Positions 25,852-38,789 of a stretch of DNA of 64,000 nucleotides are shown here, one piece after another (the first letter of the stretch is position 1; each line of letters begins with the position of its first letter). Source of the stretch: Octopus sinensis (taxonomy: Eukaryota); assembly GCF_006345805.1 (NCBI RefSeq), contig NC_043008.1, forward strand, positions 58,838,001 through 58,902,000, in the 5' to 3' direction. Made by a program: the position numbers and the translations under genes. The notes under the pieces were generated by a model. It was not told the origin of the DNA, did no database searches, and worked only from the letters and a program-made list of their open reading frames with translations.

Positions 25852-26571
25852 CAAAATTTAGAGGATTGACCACTAAAAGTGGACAGCCTGTATGCTAGAT
25901 ATAGACGTCATGTTGCCATTTTCCATTTAGTGGTCAGTCCTCTAAATTTTGTATGTTAGAAAATTTTTAATCTTCGGATTTTTTAAAATATGCAAGGTCA
26001 CTGGTGTTAATTCATTAATATCAATTTCTACCCTTATTTAATTAAAAAAAATATTCTCTAACCGGTCAATTGACTGCTGTAGTTTATTAACTTCAGAGTA
26101 ATTTCCGATCTCAGCGCGTCAAATTGAAGGCATTTGAAAGATACACATAAATATAAATTGTAGAACTTTATATATGCTGGATTTCGGTCGAGCGTTCTGT
26201 ATCTAGTTCTGGAAATTGTGTTTTGTAAACGACAGACTATGCTGATGATCTTGCAGATGTTTACGTGTCCATATACGTGAATATTAACAAGTGAAACTAA
26301 TTAGTACATAGGTAATCGTTTTTTATTTCGTATATTATCATTTTTCTTACTTATAAAAATAAGTAAGATTTTTTTGCTGAGTTTTTTCTTGAGAATACAT
26401 TCTTCGTGGAAAATGGCGACTTGACGTCTATATCTAGCATACAAGCTGTCCACTTTATGTGGTAAGTCCTCTAAATTTTGTATGTAAAAAAATTTTAATC
26501 TTCAGATTTTTTTTAAATATGCTAGGCCACTGGTTTTAATTGATTAATATAAATTCCTACCCTTATTTAAT

Positions 26572-26573
<2 letters not shown>
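25849..26573. repeat. Nested inverted and direct repeat structure (MITE-like)
   Basis: Hairpin 25849-25877/25926-25954; inverted pair 25849-25925 vs 26407-26484; direct repeat 25926-26043 vs 26455-26573. Confidence 0.8.
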
Positions 26574-26665
<92 letters not shown>

Positions 26666-26666
<1 letters not shown>

Positions 26667-26765
26667 AGGGTAGAGTTCACGAAAAAAACGAAAGACGAAG
26701 ACAGATAGTGTACCAAACAATCAGATGTATTAGTATAACGCTCAGGAATTGAAAAAGTCTTTTAC
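26666..26765 (-). mobile_element. Family E fragment, broken at the hammerhead position
   Basis: AGAGTTCACGAAAAAAACGAAAGACGAAGACAG...GTATAACGCTCAGGAAT.GAAAAAGTCTTTTAC matches 60041-60141. Confidence 0.8.
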
Positions 26766-26808
26766 ATATATACGTGTGTGTGAGTGTGTTTTGTGCCTTA
26801 GCTGTATA

Positions 26809-27057
26809 CGCTGCTTCTGTACCATACTTAGCATTTACTGGAAGGACTACTTCATCAACATTGAGGTTCTAGAGTGAACAAAGGTCACCAGTCTGAAAGC
26901 CATTTTACTTGAGACACGACTATATTGGGCAGGGCACGTTGACAGCATTAAAGACCACCGCCTACCCAAGATCATCATGTACGGTGAGCTCGCCACTGGC
27001 CATCGCAAATGGGGGGGGGGCTGCGCCAAGGAAGCGTTACAAGGACTGCCCGAAACA
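26809..27057 (+). mobile_element. RTE (BovB-like) LINE fragment
   Basis: RCFCTILSIYWKDYFINIEVLE*...TRLYWAGHVDSIKDHRLPKIIMYGELATGHRK, then GAPRKRYKDC: classic RTE post-RT motifs. Confidence 0.88.
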
Positions 27058-27406
27058 TGATTGATTGGTTAACTCAACGATTTATCAAACAATCGATAGT
27101 GTCATTGGTGAAATACTTAAACTTTTGAGAAATAATAAAAAGTGAAACGTAAACAATGCATGAGAATATTATTGAAGGTGACTCTCCCGAGATGCTTTAA
27201 TATGTATGTGTGTGTATGAATATATAAGTGTATTTAAACATAGGTGTATACATGTATATGTTATACATACATATATACACACATGCATATATATATATAT
27301 ATGTATGTGTATATATATATGTATGTGTATATATATATATATATTATATATATATATATATATCTATATATATATATAGATATATATATATATATGTAAA
27401 TATATG

Positions 27407-27446
<40 letters not shown>

Positions 27447-27712
27447 AAGAGAGAGCCAGAGAGAAAGTGTTAGAGAGAGTGAGTAAAACACGCGTCGTTC
27501 CGTAAAACAATAGAGAAACTACGGCCATTTACCAAATTTACGCAAACTTTCAGTTTCAAATTATCAGCGAGGTATAATAAAAACTCAGAGAAACAAGTAA
27601 ATACCGATTTGATTGTTTGATGTACATACTGAAATGAACGCACACAGTCATAAACATGGGAGAAAGAACAATAAACAAATGAACAGCGTTTAAAAAATGA
27701 CAGCGGAGCTGG

Positions 27713-28709
27713 TTAGTAAGAGATATATGAGCTTTCATTTGAAATAAGTTGGAAAAGGCACTGGATCATAGAACGTGCTAATTTCTGAATATCCTCTGAG
27801 GTTATACCGCGAGATATATTTCCTGTTACCTGCTACAGTTCATCCTTGCTCCGAAATTGGCGTCCTTTCTCGTAAGCTCGTTGCTTTAGAATACTCCAGA
27901 AGTTTTCTATTGGGTTTAAGTCGGGGGAACAAACAGGCTTATTTATCTTCCCAGGTCCTAAGAAGCCTAATTGTTGTAGATACTCTGTGGTTTTCGTCAC
28001 TGAGTGCGAAAGTGCATTATTTGCATGACTATTATTATTGTTGTCTTCAAGGTGATACTTTGCATTTTTAATCAAATTTCAAGGTGCTCCCTCAGAAAAG
28101 CTGTGTAATCATCCGAGGTCATTTTATCACCGCCAGGTACATTCCAAGTACCAACCATAATACCTCCAATAACCTGCCCAAATCATGATGCCTCCCCCGC
28201 CCCTGCTTGTGTCTCAAGTGTTGATGACGATCCCGTTTTTACAACCCATCTCTTGCTCTAACCATGAGGTCCATCAAACGTAGCACGAGTTTTGTCTGTT
28301 AGTAAAACTTTTGAAAAGTTGACCATCATGTTACCTAATTCTTATTTCGGACGATTTTGTATGTGTATTTTGTTTAAAGGAGACCTCTAAACTGATATCA
28401 CTGCCTTCCCGTCCTTTTTCAGATGACATTGTGTGTTTCTGGACATGATGACGCGAATGCATTTCCAAATTTCTCCAATTGTAAGAACTGGGTTCTTTAC
28501 AGCTTCACGCTTAATTCGTTACAGAGAACTTTGAGAAACAGACTTGCGACTGACTCTTGTTGGTTCTCTTAGGTATCTTCGAAGAAGCTGTGACAATTGC
28601 TTTCACAGATTGCAATTATTTTACATATTTCTAATGTTGATATACGTTTTGCAAGTCTAGGAGTAATAACAGATTTCTCTGAAGAAATTAAGTCACATTT
28701 ACGAGCCGT
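27713..28709 (-). mobile_element. Decayed Tc1-superfamily transposase, DD37E spacing (TRT-like)
   Basis: N-terminal (M)ARKCDLISSEKS...STLEICKII, HTH RIKREAVKNP, GGGIMIWA, and NNALSH...SPDLNPIENFWSILKQRAYEKGRQF with 37 residues between the second-D position (here N) and E. Contains stops and frameshifts. Confidence 0.82.
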
Positions 28710-28937
28710 AATTACACGATTATCAGACCACTCGTTATTAATTTGGAACTCTGAAAGTTCATGGAGATTATGCAAATGACCACAGTTTGCATACACTTGT
28801 TCAAAATCTCACGTCTTTTTCACACCTCACACATAGAACGATTACGCATATAACGATTCTGTGGAAAGTTTGGTGAATTCCAACAGCATTTTTTTTTAAT
28901 ATTACATGGTTAATAATTTGAAACTCAGTGTGCATAT

Positions 28938-28994
<57 letters not shown>

Positions 28995-29279
28995 TATATA
29001 TACAGAGGGAGGGAGAGAGAGAGAAAGACAGAAATTCGTTATAATAATCTTTTTATTTTTCATTATTAATAGCGCTTTCGTTCGTTTCTCGAACTTGTCA
29101 AATAAAATTTTGTGTGTGTACAAACAGCTTTTTCATTTATACAAAGCCGATGTTTTGGGTGGATGGGGGTTGTTTAGAAGAAGAGAACATTGTTTTAGTT
29201 TTTGAGGTCTGCTTCCATGGCAATGGAGATGGATATATAGAAACATAGGTAGGTAGATAGGCTGATAGATAGATAGATG

Positions 29280-29319
<40 letters not shown>

Positions 29320-29329
29320 ACCCTAATAA

Positions 29330-29368
<39 letters not shown>

Positions 29369-29374
29369 CCTATG

Positions 29375-29575
29375 TATGTGTGTCGCTGTGTCTTTGTTTG
29401 ACCTTACCACTGCTTGACAACCGGTGTTGGTGTGTTTAGGACCCCGCAGTCTAGCGGTCTGGTAAAATCGTCCGAAACAATAAGCACACTTCCTGGGGTC
29501 AATTCTTTCGGCTAAAAAAATTCTTGAAATACAGCATGGCCACAGTCAAATGACTGAACAAGTGAAAGATAAATG
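29375..29575 (+). mobile_element. 3' half of SINE family A
   Basis: GCTTGACAACCGGTGTTGGTGTG...CAGCATGGCCACAGTCAAATGACTGAACAAG. Confidence 0.75.
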
Positions 29576-29771
29576 ACAAACACACACGTAAACATAAACA
29601 CATGCACACACACACACACACGCACATAAATGTGTGTGTTTATGTAAATATATATATATATATATATACACATGTATTAGAATGTTCTCTGATTTTTCAG
29701 ATTTTTGTATGCTAGGCTACTGGTTTTAAATTGATATTAATAAATTGATATTCAATTTATCTCCCTCATTA

Positions 29772-29882
<111 letters not shown>

Positions 29883-29890
29883 TATATATA

Positions 29891-30303
29891 GGCGCAGGAG
29901 TGGCTGTGTGTAAGTAGCTTGTTTACCGACCACATGGTTCCGGGTTCAGTTCCGGGGCAGTGGCACCTGGGCAAGTGTCTTCTAGTATAGCCTCGGGCTG
30001 ACCAAAGCCTTGTGAATGGATTTGGTAGACGGAAACTGAAAGAAGCCTGTCGTATATATATATATATGTATGTATGTGTATGTGTTTGTGTGTCTGTGTT
30101 TGTCCCCCTAGCATTGCTTGACAACCGAAGCTGGTGTGTATATGTCCCCGTTACTTAGCGGTTCGGCAAAAGAGACCGATAGAATAAGTACTGGGCTTAC
30201 AAAAGAATAAGTCCCGGGGTCGAGTTGCTCGATTAAAGTCGGTTTTCCAGCATGGCCGCAGTCAAATGACTGAAACAAGTAAAAGAGTAAAAGAGTAAAA
30301 GAG
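29891..30303 (+). mobile_element. SINE family A, full length, inserted in (TA)n
   Basis: Complete head-to-tail match, with (TA)n on both sides. Confidence 0.92.
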
Positions 30304-31069
30304 TATATATATATATATATATATATATATTCTTCTCTGTGTATGCATGCAAATATGTATTCCCTTAACTACAATATACATTCATTACAATCATTATACA
30401 ATTATTATATAAGTAAATATTTATTGAGATCTATATTAGGTAATTGTGCTGTTCACATTATATATTATGTTCGCAAACTTTATTTTTCTCGTTGCACAAT
30501 ACATCATTTCAGACAGTTTTATTTGCCGTAAAATGTTCAGATGATATCACAGAAATACGAAATACGTCTTTCAATTGATAGCCGTATTTATGCGATTTAA
30601 TAAATCTTGTCTCTTTTTATATCCTTACTAGGGTATTATGATTGTTTACAGTCTAGTGTAACTCATTATTATTGTATCACTCACATTAGTATTCGCCTTG
30701 TGGCAAAATGAAATAAAAAATTAAAGGTGTGAAAATAAGAAAAGAGTAACAACTAATGTCATCACAAGTTACAAAACAAGAATCAATTTAGCGTTGTCTG
30801 ACAAAGTGTCGCAATTGAAATACAAAATCCGGACGTTCAAAGCTTTCATATATTTTCTTGAGAAACGGTAAAGATTTCCCGGGAGGGATTTTTAAAAATA
30901 GAAAACTACAGAATGAATATAATATATAAAAAAATAAATACATAGCTTGTATAGCATAAGAGGAAATTACTTGTGCGTCTGTGTTGTGTGTGCGTGTGTG
31001 TGTATGTATTTTATGGTATGTTTCTCTTTGCCATTGATTTCAGAGATGAGAATATCTTTTTCGAAATGA

Positions 31070-31072
31070 TGG

Positions 31073-31111
<39 letters not shown>

Positions 31112-31483
31112 CGATGATGATGATGATGATGATGAAGATGACGACGACGATGATGATGATGAAAATTCTAAGAATGACGATGACCAAGACGGTGATGATG
31201 ATGTTGAGGAAGGGGAAGAAGAGGTAGAAGAAGAGCAGGAAGAGGCGATGATGATGGTGATGAAAATGATGATGATGGTAATGATGATGATGATGACGAT
31301 GATGATGGTGATGATGGTGATGATGACGGTGATGAAGATGATGATGATGATGATGAATATGATGATGATGATGAAGATGATGATGACGATGATGGTGATG
31401 ATGATGGCGATGATGATGGTGATGAAAATGATGATGATGATGATGATGATGATTATGATGATGATGACGATGATGATGATGAC

Positions 31484-31518
<35 letters not shown>

Positions 31519-31650
31519 CGACGATAATGATGATGACGACAACGACGACGACGATAATGCTGCAGCCACGCCGCCACCGCCGCCGCCGTCGCCACTGTCT
31601 CCACCGTCGCCGCCGTCTCCACCGTCGCCGCCGACGACGATGGTGATATC
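31070..31650. repeat. Compound (GAT/GAC/GGT)n trinucleotide tract with a GCC-rich end
   Basis: Direct inspection; generates the spurious poly-His/Met ORFs. Confidence 0.95.
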
Positions 31651-32064
31651 AATGCTTCAGGACGACCAAAAAAAAAATTGCTGAAAAATACTATTGAAAG
31701 GAAAAACGATGAATAGAGTTTTAATTCATCAAATTTCGTCTCCATTGAATAAGATACGTGATTGTTAACGGCATGGCTAGCGTTGCCTTTTGTTCTGAAG
31801 GTGCGACGATTTCGAACGGCTCCTATATAAAACAACGCAATAAAGAAGCATATATTGTGGATTCAATTGACCCTATAATTATTGAAATGAAAATGAATTA
31901 GATTATATCTTCGTTGGCCAAATCAGTAATTCTACAATAGGATTTATTATAGAGCAGTAAACAGAACCCACTGGAGGAGGTCGTTTAACTATTTACTGAC
32001 AAACCATTGGATTGGATCTCTTTCAGTTACTACATTGTACATTAATAACAACAACAACAACAGC

Positions 32065-32133
<69 letters not shown>

Positions 32134-32595
32134 TAAAAAAAAGACAAAAACAATACAGTTTGCTTATTGATCGACATGAGCATCCCCTGTGATCATAATA
32201 TCTCGGCGAAAGAGTTTGACAAGCTCAGAAAATATAAAGACCTGCTCATTGAAATTGAGAAAATGTGGCATCTCAAGGCGATTACAATACCAGTGATTGT
32301 AGGAGCACTAGGAATGATCAAGAAGGGAACCGAAAATTATATGAGAATGATCCCTGGCTTACCATCCCTGCAAGAAGTGCAAAATATTGTCTTAACTGGT
32401 ACATCACACGTATTGAGACGAGCATTGTCGCTGTGAGAACTATTACTACCCATGTATATTTTAATTAAAAAAAAATATGAACGAACTATTGAGTTTAATT
32501 TAATGGCCTACCAATGTATACTATGAGTTTCTTTGCCCTAGGAGTCGGGAAGACACTCGGCAAGAAATGGAAGCAAATTTGAAAGAAGAAGAAAA

Positions 32596-32596
<1 letters not shown>
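32134..32596 (+). mobile_element. Dong/R4 retrotransposon 3' fragment (REL endonuclease end plus 3' UTR) inside (TAA)n
   Basis: CLLIDMSIPCDHNISAKEFDKLRKYKDL..EIEKMWHLKAITIPVIVGALG...VLTGTSHVLRRALSL*. (TAA)n lies immediately on both sides. Confidence 0.9.
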
Positions 32597-32625
<29 letters not shown>

Positions 32626-32626
<1 letters not shown>

Positions 32627-33080
32627 CCTGGCATTGGCTCTCGTGGCGTCTGATCGTAACTCATTGGAAGTGTTATCATGTACATTGTTTTGTTTTGGTA
32701 TAAAAGATGAGCTACAGCAAATATTCTGCTCAATACCACAGATTTGCTTGTAAGTTGTTTGACCTTAACCAGTTCAGCATGTCCCTTGGTGATTCACGAT
32801 ATGTGCATCTCTGATCACGAGCAAAAGTAGTGGGGGAGCATCATCATAGCCATGGTATTGAGAGGGATTCTTTGGGGTTTGAATAATTCACCTCTGGAAA
32901 CATGGGTGTTTCGTTCAACATACTTAAAAAACCTTTATTCAGGGACCTTTGGAGCGGGATGGGTTACTCAACCAGAAGAAAATTCTAACTGGGCTCCACC
33001 TGCAAGGTCATGTGCTGTTTATCTTGATATGAGATCACCATGTCGCGTACATATGGTTGTGATGCATGTGCCGGGTGTAC
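32626..33080 (+). mobile_element. Non-coding family D element inside (TAA)n
   Basis: 455-bp non-coding segment with (TAA)n directly on both sides; homologous fragments at 22095-22231 and 22704-22830. Confidence 0.75.
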
Positions 33081-33144
<64 letters not shown>

Positions 33145-33187
33145 TTGGTGGTGGTGGTGGTGGTGATGGTGATGGTGATGATGATGG

Positions 33188-33220
<33 letters not shown>

Positions 33221-33289
33221 CGATGACGATGACGACGACGATGATGATGATGATGATGATGATAATGATAATGATAATCATCATCATCT

Positions 33290-33905
33290 CAACAATTGTT
33301 CAGGACTCAAAGCAGAGCAGAAGGATTTTTACACCTAGATTGTCGGGTATTTCTAAAGCTTCCAAATGTTTCTTCAGGTTGGGTGGTATTGAACCCAATG
33401 CTCTGATGACAAAAAGGGACAACTTTTACATTTGTCTGTCGTAGCTGCCACGTCTTGATGATCTCAATTCGCAGTTCTCCGTATTTGTCAACCTTTTCTC
33501 CATGTCGATCTCCTGGCACGTCCACGTCAATAATTAGGCACACATGTTTGTCCCTCCTGAGGGTTACTATATCCAGCCATCGATGCTCGAACACCTTGTC
33601 TGTCTGGAAGTGAAAGTCCCAGTGTATTTATGCCTTCCCCTTTTCGTCGTTTGCCATTTTGGTGTATGATGGTACCAAGTCCCCGTTACCTTATATACAT
33701 ACTTCCGGCATATTAGCCATTGAAGATTTAGGGCTAGCTTGTCGTATCTATACTTGACTTTCGCAAGCACTAACATTGTGAGTCACGCTTTCGACCCTCT
33801 TCCCACACATTCTGCAGAGGTTCGTTGCATTTGCGTGGTGTATATCCCTTTTCACTGAGTTGATGTTCGATGCCTGATCGTGGGCAGCGATGATTAAGCT
33901 GGTCC
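33290..33905 (-). mobile_element. Divergent Dong/R4 fragment (CCHC knuckle plus REL nuclease), frameshifted
   Basis: SLIIAAHDQA...CRMCGKRVESVTHNVSAC...RYDKLALNLQWLIC...QTDKVFEHRWLDIV...LIIDVDVPGD..EKVDKYGELRIEI. Confidence 0.88.
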
Positions 33906-33984
33906 CCACCAAATTCCGGGCTTTGTGCCTATAGTAGAAATTATTAGTATTATTATTATTGTTGTTGTTGTTGTTGAGTAGCCT

Positions 33985-34200
33985 TATTTTTATCACGTGC
34001 TTTCACTGCACTACCCAGCGCAAAACCAAATCTATGCAAAAATCGGCATTACTTGGAACTTCACGCCTGTTGCGTAAAGTACTGTCTGCCCGAGGTCCTT
34101 GTTGTGACTTGACAGACACTGCAAACCCCCCGGTAAACACAATATTTTCGATCAACAACCTCACGATATTGTATACTGTGCGACGTTTTAAACATTAACG
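33985..34200 (+). mobile_element. Dong/R4 extreme 3' fragment
   Basis: MQKSALLGTSRLLRKVL, followed by CCCGAGGTCCTTGTTGTGACTTG, which resembles the 3' UTR motif of the 55921 copy. Confidence 0.75.
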
Positions 34201-34574
34201 GTAATAACAACACTGATGAAGTTGATGATGATGAAGATTCATGAAGATTATGATGATGATGATGATGATGACGATGACGACGACGACGACAACAACGATA
34301 GCAACTTGGGGAGGATATTGTTTTTATGTCTCATTTGAATACCATACAGATATTTTGTTTTGATGTCTAAAGTGAAAGATTATGGTCCAGATCAGGATAT
34401 TAATTGAATGGTAATAGAGCAGAACGAAAACTTGATTTCTCTATCGTAAAACATTGTTGGTTATCATGATAATGTTTTTGTTTACGAACGAATAAATCGT
34501 GTGACAGACGCAATAATACCCCGAGTGAATATCGGAAGATAAGTTTTACGTTTCATCATCAATGGAGGTGAAGA

Positions 34575-34749
34575 TCACGTATCTATTCCTAGAATGACGA
34601 CGGCGACGGCGATAACGACAGTGATGATGATGATGATGGGGATGATGGTAAGGATGACGGTAATGATGATGAAGGTAATAGCGATGATGATGATGATGAT
34701 GTTGATAAACATGTTTATGTAAACGAAGATAGTGATGATGATGATGATG

Positions 34750-34785
<36 letters not shown>

Positions 34786-34800
34786 GTGATGATAGTAATA

Positions 34801-34832
<32 letters not shown>

Positions 34833-35240
34833 GATGATGATGATGGTGATGGTGATGAGGATGTGGAAAACATGTTTATGTAGATGAAGATAGTGATGAT
34901 GATGATGATGGTGGTGGTGATGATGATGATAAACCTGTTTATGTAGGTCAAGACAGTGATGACGACGACGACGATGATGATGATGATGATGATGTGATGA
35001 TGATGATGATGATGATGATGATGACGACGACGACGACGTTGATGATGATGATGATGATGATGACGTGACGATGATGATGATAATGATGATGAGGAGAAGG
35101 AAGATGACGATGATGCTGCTGATGATAATGAAAATAATAGCAATGACGATGGCCAAGATGGTGATGCTGATATCGCTGCGAATGAGAATGTACAGTATAG
35201 ATATGATGATGATGATGATGATGATGATGATAATAATGGA
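34575..35240. repeat. Compound (GAT)n tract
   Basis: Direct inspection; source of the poly-I/S/H ORFs. Confidence 0.95.
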
Positions 35241-35507
35241 AACAAATGATTTATATGGATGCACATTTAGAATACTTTGTTTTGTTAGAAACCTAACGGT
35301 CGGCTGAACACTTTAACGTATGTGTACTTGATGTTTCTCATTTTCCGGGTATGTTATCTTTTAGATTAATTTGACAACAGTTTTAACATAAATATAAAGA
35401 TTGATATATCTATATAGGTATGTATATATTTACATCTTTATCAATCTATTTCTATATATACATACATACATGCACGCCAAAAACAACGTGCGCACCTATA
35501 TACACAC

Positions 35508-35578
<71 letters not shown>

Positions 35579-35767
35579 ATACTATATATGTATATTAAAT
35601 ACATAATTAAAATCTCATAAGGGAAAGAATTATTATTCCCTTTAAAATATAAATATATAAATGCATCATGCTAGGAGGGACTCTTAAATTCAAATCTACC
35701 ATACTAAACACATGTACCTTTTAAAAGGCTCTTAGCATATATCTATCTACCTATCTATCTATCTATC

Positions 35768-35829
<62 letters not shown>

Positions 35830-35840
35830 ATATATATATA

Positions 35841-36093
35841 TGGTATCTACGAGATACCACCATGCTGAAAATAGCAGCCATGATCTGACTCTAAAACCAC
35901 CTTAATTGTCCATATATCAACACGGAGAGAAAACAAATAGACAAGATGAAAGTAATAAAAAATTACTGGATAATTCTAGATCCCGGATTTCTGACTTTGC
36001 ATTTGCGAATGCTTTGCGATATGGAAAATTAAGGTGGTCTTAGAGTCAGATCATGGTTGCTATTTTCAGCATGATGGTATCTCGTAGATACCC
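35841..36093. mobile_element. MITE with about 79-bp TIRs, TA TSD
   Basis: 35842-35920 is the reverse complement of 36014-36092 (about 6 mismatches). TA at 35839-40 and 36094-95. Confidence 0.88.
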
Positions 36094-36221
36094 TAATTTA
36101 TAATTTAAATAATTATTACCTTTGAAGATTATTATTTCCATGCTGGCCACGTGATAAAATCGTTATTTTACTTAAAATCAACGATCTTATCCTTATTTAT
36201 AGAAAGTTACATATATATATA

Positions 36222-36372
36222 TACGACGGGTTTCTTTCAGTTTCCGTTTAACAAATCCACTCACAAGGCTTTTGGTCGGCCGAGGCTATGGTAGAAGACA
36301 CTTGTCCAATGGGACTGAACCCTGAACTATCTATTAGGGAAGTAAACTTCTTACTACACAACCACTCCTGCG
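36222..36372 (-). mobile_element. 5' half of SINE family A
   Basis: ACGACGGGTTTCTTTCAGTTTCCG...TACACAACCACTCCTGCG. Confidence 0.8.
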
Positions 36373-36464
36373 TTCTAAAACTGCGACCTCGGCGCAATTT
36401 GAAGTCAGGAAGTAGCGACCGGTGAAGTACTTCTAAGCAATTTGGCGACCATGCTAGCAATTCT

Positions 36465-36845
36465 TTTCTACTCTTGGCACAAGGCCCGAAATTTTGGGGA
36501 GAGGGGGCCCTTTCGATTAGATCAACCCTAGTACTTAATTTATCGACCCCGAAAAGATGAAAGGCAAAGTGGACCTCCGCAGAATTTGAACTCAGAAAGT
36601 AGACAAAATACCTATTTCTTTATTACCCACAAGGGGCTAAACACAGAGGGGACAAACAAGGACAGACATAGGTATTAAGTCGATTACATCGACCCCAGTG
36701 CGTAACTGGTACTTAATTTATCGACCCCGAAAGTATGAAAGGCAAAGTCGACCTCGGCGGAATTTGAACTCACAACGTAACGGCAGACAAAATACCGCTA
36801 AGCAATTCGCCGGGGTGGTATCGAATCTGCCAGCTCGCCTCCTTA
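36465..36845 (-). mobile_element. SINE family B dimer (head plus body, then a second body with the alternative tail)
   Basis: Junction AAATAG|GTATTT (minus strand) at 36611/36612. Confidence 0.85.
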
Positions 36846-37048
36846 AGTATGATTCTAATATTATGATAGTGTTGCAAATTTGGGATTCGTGACAGCTACA
36901 TCAATGCAGTTCTCATGGAGAATCAGCATGACTGACACTGTAAAATGCAGGCATGAAACATTTTTGCCAAGTGTGTTCTCTGGACGAACGGAAAACAAAA
37001 TAACATGGCGAAGGCTACAATATATATATATTTATATAGGTATATGTA

Positions 37049-37123
<75 letters not shown>

Positions 37124-38603
37124 ATATCTATCTATCTTTTTATATATACTTTTATTTTATTATGTTTCAGCCTTAAGGCTGTCGCCATGTTCTATATGTA
37201 TACATATATATTAAATATGTGTGTGTGTGTCTGTGTGTGCTTTGTATGAGTGTGTGTGTATACCTCTCTGTGTATATGTGTGTGTGCGTGAATGCTAACG
37301 AATTGGCTAAAATTTCTGAATAACGGTTACTTGCATAAATATATATAAATCCTCTATCCGTAACCAGAGAGACTGCGACGATAAGTTTACTTCAAAGCTT
37401 CTACTATTTTCAGTCCACCATTTTGTATTACAAAAGTATACAATGGATAATGCTTAAATGGGATGGACGCAATATCGTCTCCTGTTTGGTGGACATAACA
37501 TATATATAGCGTTAACTTGATGTTGATTAGCGGACAGAAGACAGGACCGGCAAAGGAAATGAATTTTACAATTTCTGGCAGGTAAGACATCTTGCTGAAC
37601 GTGTGTGAATTGACTACATGCGCGTGATGACAGAAATGCGTAAGAGTTAATGCGTTTCTGAAAACTATAGTTCCGTCAGACCAGGTTAAATAATCTTCAG
37701 GTTAAATAATTCTAAACATTATCGTGGCCGTCGTCGTCGTTGTCATCGTCGTTGTTGTCATTAATTTCAACTGCTTTCTTCACACACACACGTACATATA
37801 TGCATGTGCTTAGTCACACAATAGCGTGTGTGTCTAAATACATGTATGCATGTATGTGTGCGTGCGTGCGTGTGTGTGTATAATTGAATTTCAATGTTTG
37901 AAGCTGATTCCCCCCACTCATCTTTCTTCCTTTTTCTCGCTCCCTCTCTCTCACATTCCTTGGCCCTGTCTTTCTTTAACTCCCACTATTTCCCACTCGT
38001 TTATCTACCCTGCACCTTTCTCTTTGTCTCTAATTTTTTTCTAATCCTTCAATCCCGCTGCCCTCTACCATCTCTCTTCCTTCCACGTGACCGGTGTCCG
38101 GCCAACCATGATGTTTCTTTCTTGGCCTGACTGCCCACCACCAACACCTCTTATGTCCATCTCCTATGTTCCTGCCTTTAGGTTTTAACTTCATATACGT
38201 CAGCTCAATTCGATTCGATCTCCGTCAAAAGACACCTGTTGTTACGTTCTTGTTTTTTGTATTCGTAATTGTGTACCATGTTCTCCGTTTTGTTTGTTTG
38301 TTTGTGTGTTTTTCTTCTTTGTTGCCATGCACAATCGCTAGTTTTCTTACAAAGTGGTCTAATGCTCTTAGCTTAGACTTTGCGGAGGGGGGGGGCGACC
38401 AGATCGAACCATCTCAAATGTAACTGCCCGAAATGGTCGTGTCTTATGGAACTTGACTGAGGAAAGAAAGTCACGAATGACCCGTCTTTTTTTTACCTGT
38501 TCTTCTAATTGTTTCTCTTGACCGCCTTTGTATTGTCTATTTCTCCGAATGTTTTAATATACTCTATTGCGTTTTCGTTCCATTTATATATACACACACA
38601 CAA

Positions 38604-38664
<61 letters not shown>

Positions 38665-38753
38665 GAGAGGAAATGTATAGGTAAACAGAAGACTAACAGA
38701 TGTATGAACAACAAAGAAGTGTTTTACTTTGACGTGCTGGAAAGTGAAAACTT

Positions 38754-38789
38754 CTTTTACGTTTCGAGGTTACGCTCTTCATCAGAAAG
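38754..38789 (-). ncRNA. Minimal type I hammerhead ribozyme (Penelope-type)
   Basis: The minus strand reads CUUU-CUGAUGA-A-GAG(CGUAAC)CUC-GAA-ACGU-A|AAAG: canonical core, helix I CUUU/AAAG, helix II GAG/CUC, palindromic ACGU helix III, GUA cleavage triplet. It sits in a (TA)n-flanked module at about 38664-38835. Confidence 0.7.

Noticed and set aside
31011-35307. Long poly-His/Met/Ile/Ser ORFs (up to 274 aa)
   Set aside because: They are translations of (GAT)n/(ATC)n tracts, open in several frames on both strands, with no domain content.
37640-37700. CTGACGG...GAAACGCA hammerhead-like string (minus)
   Set aside because: The core is non-canonical and helices I and II do not close properly.
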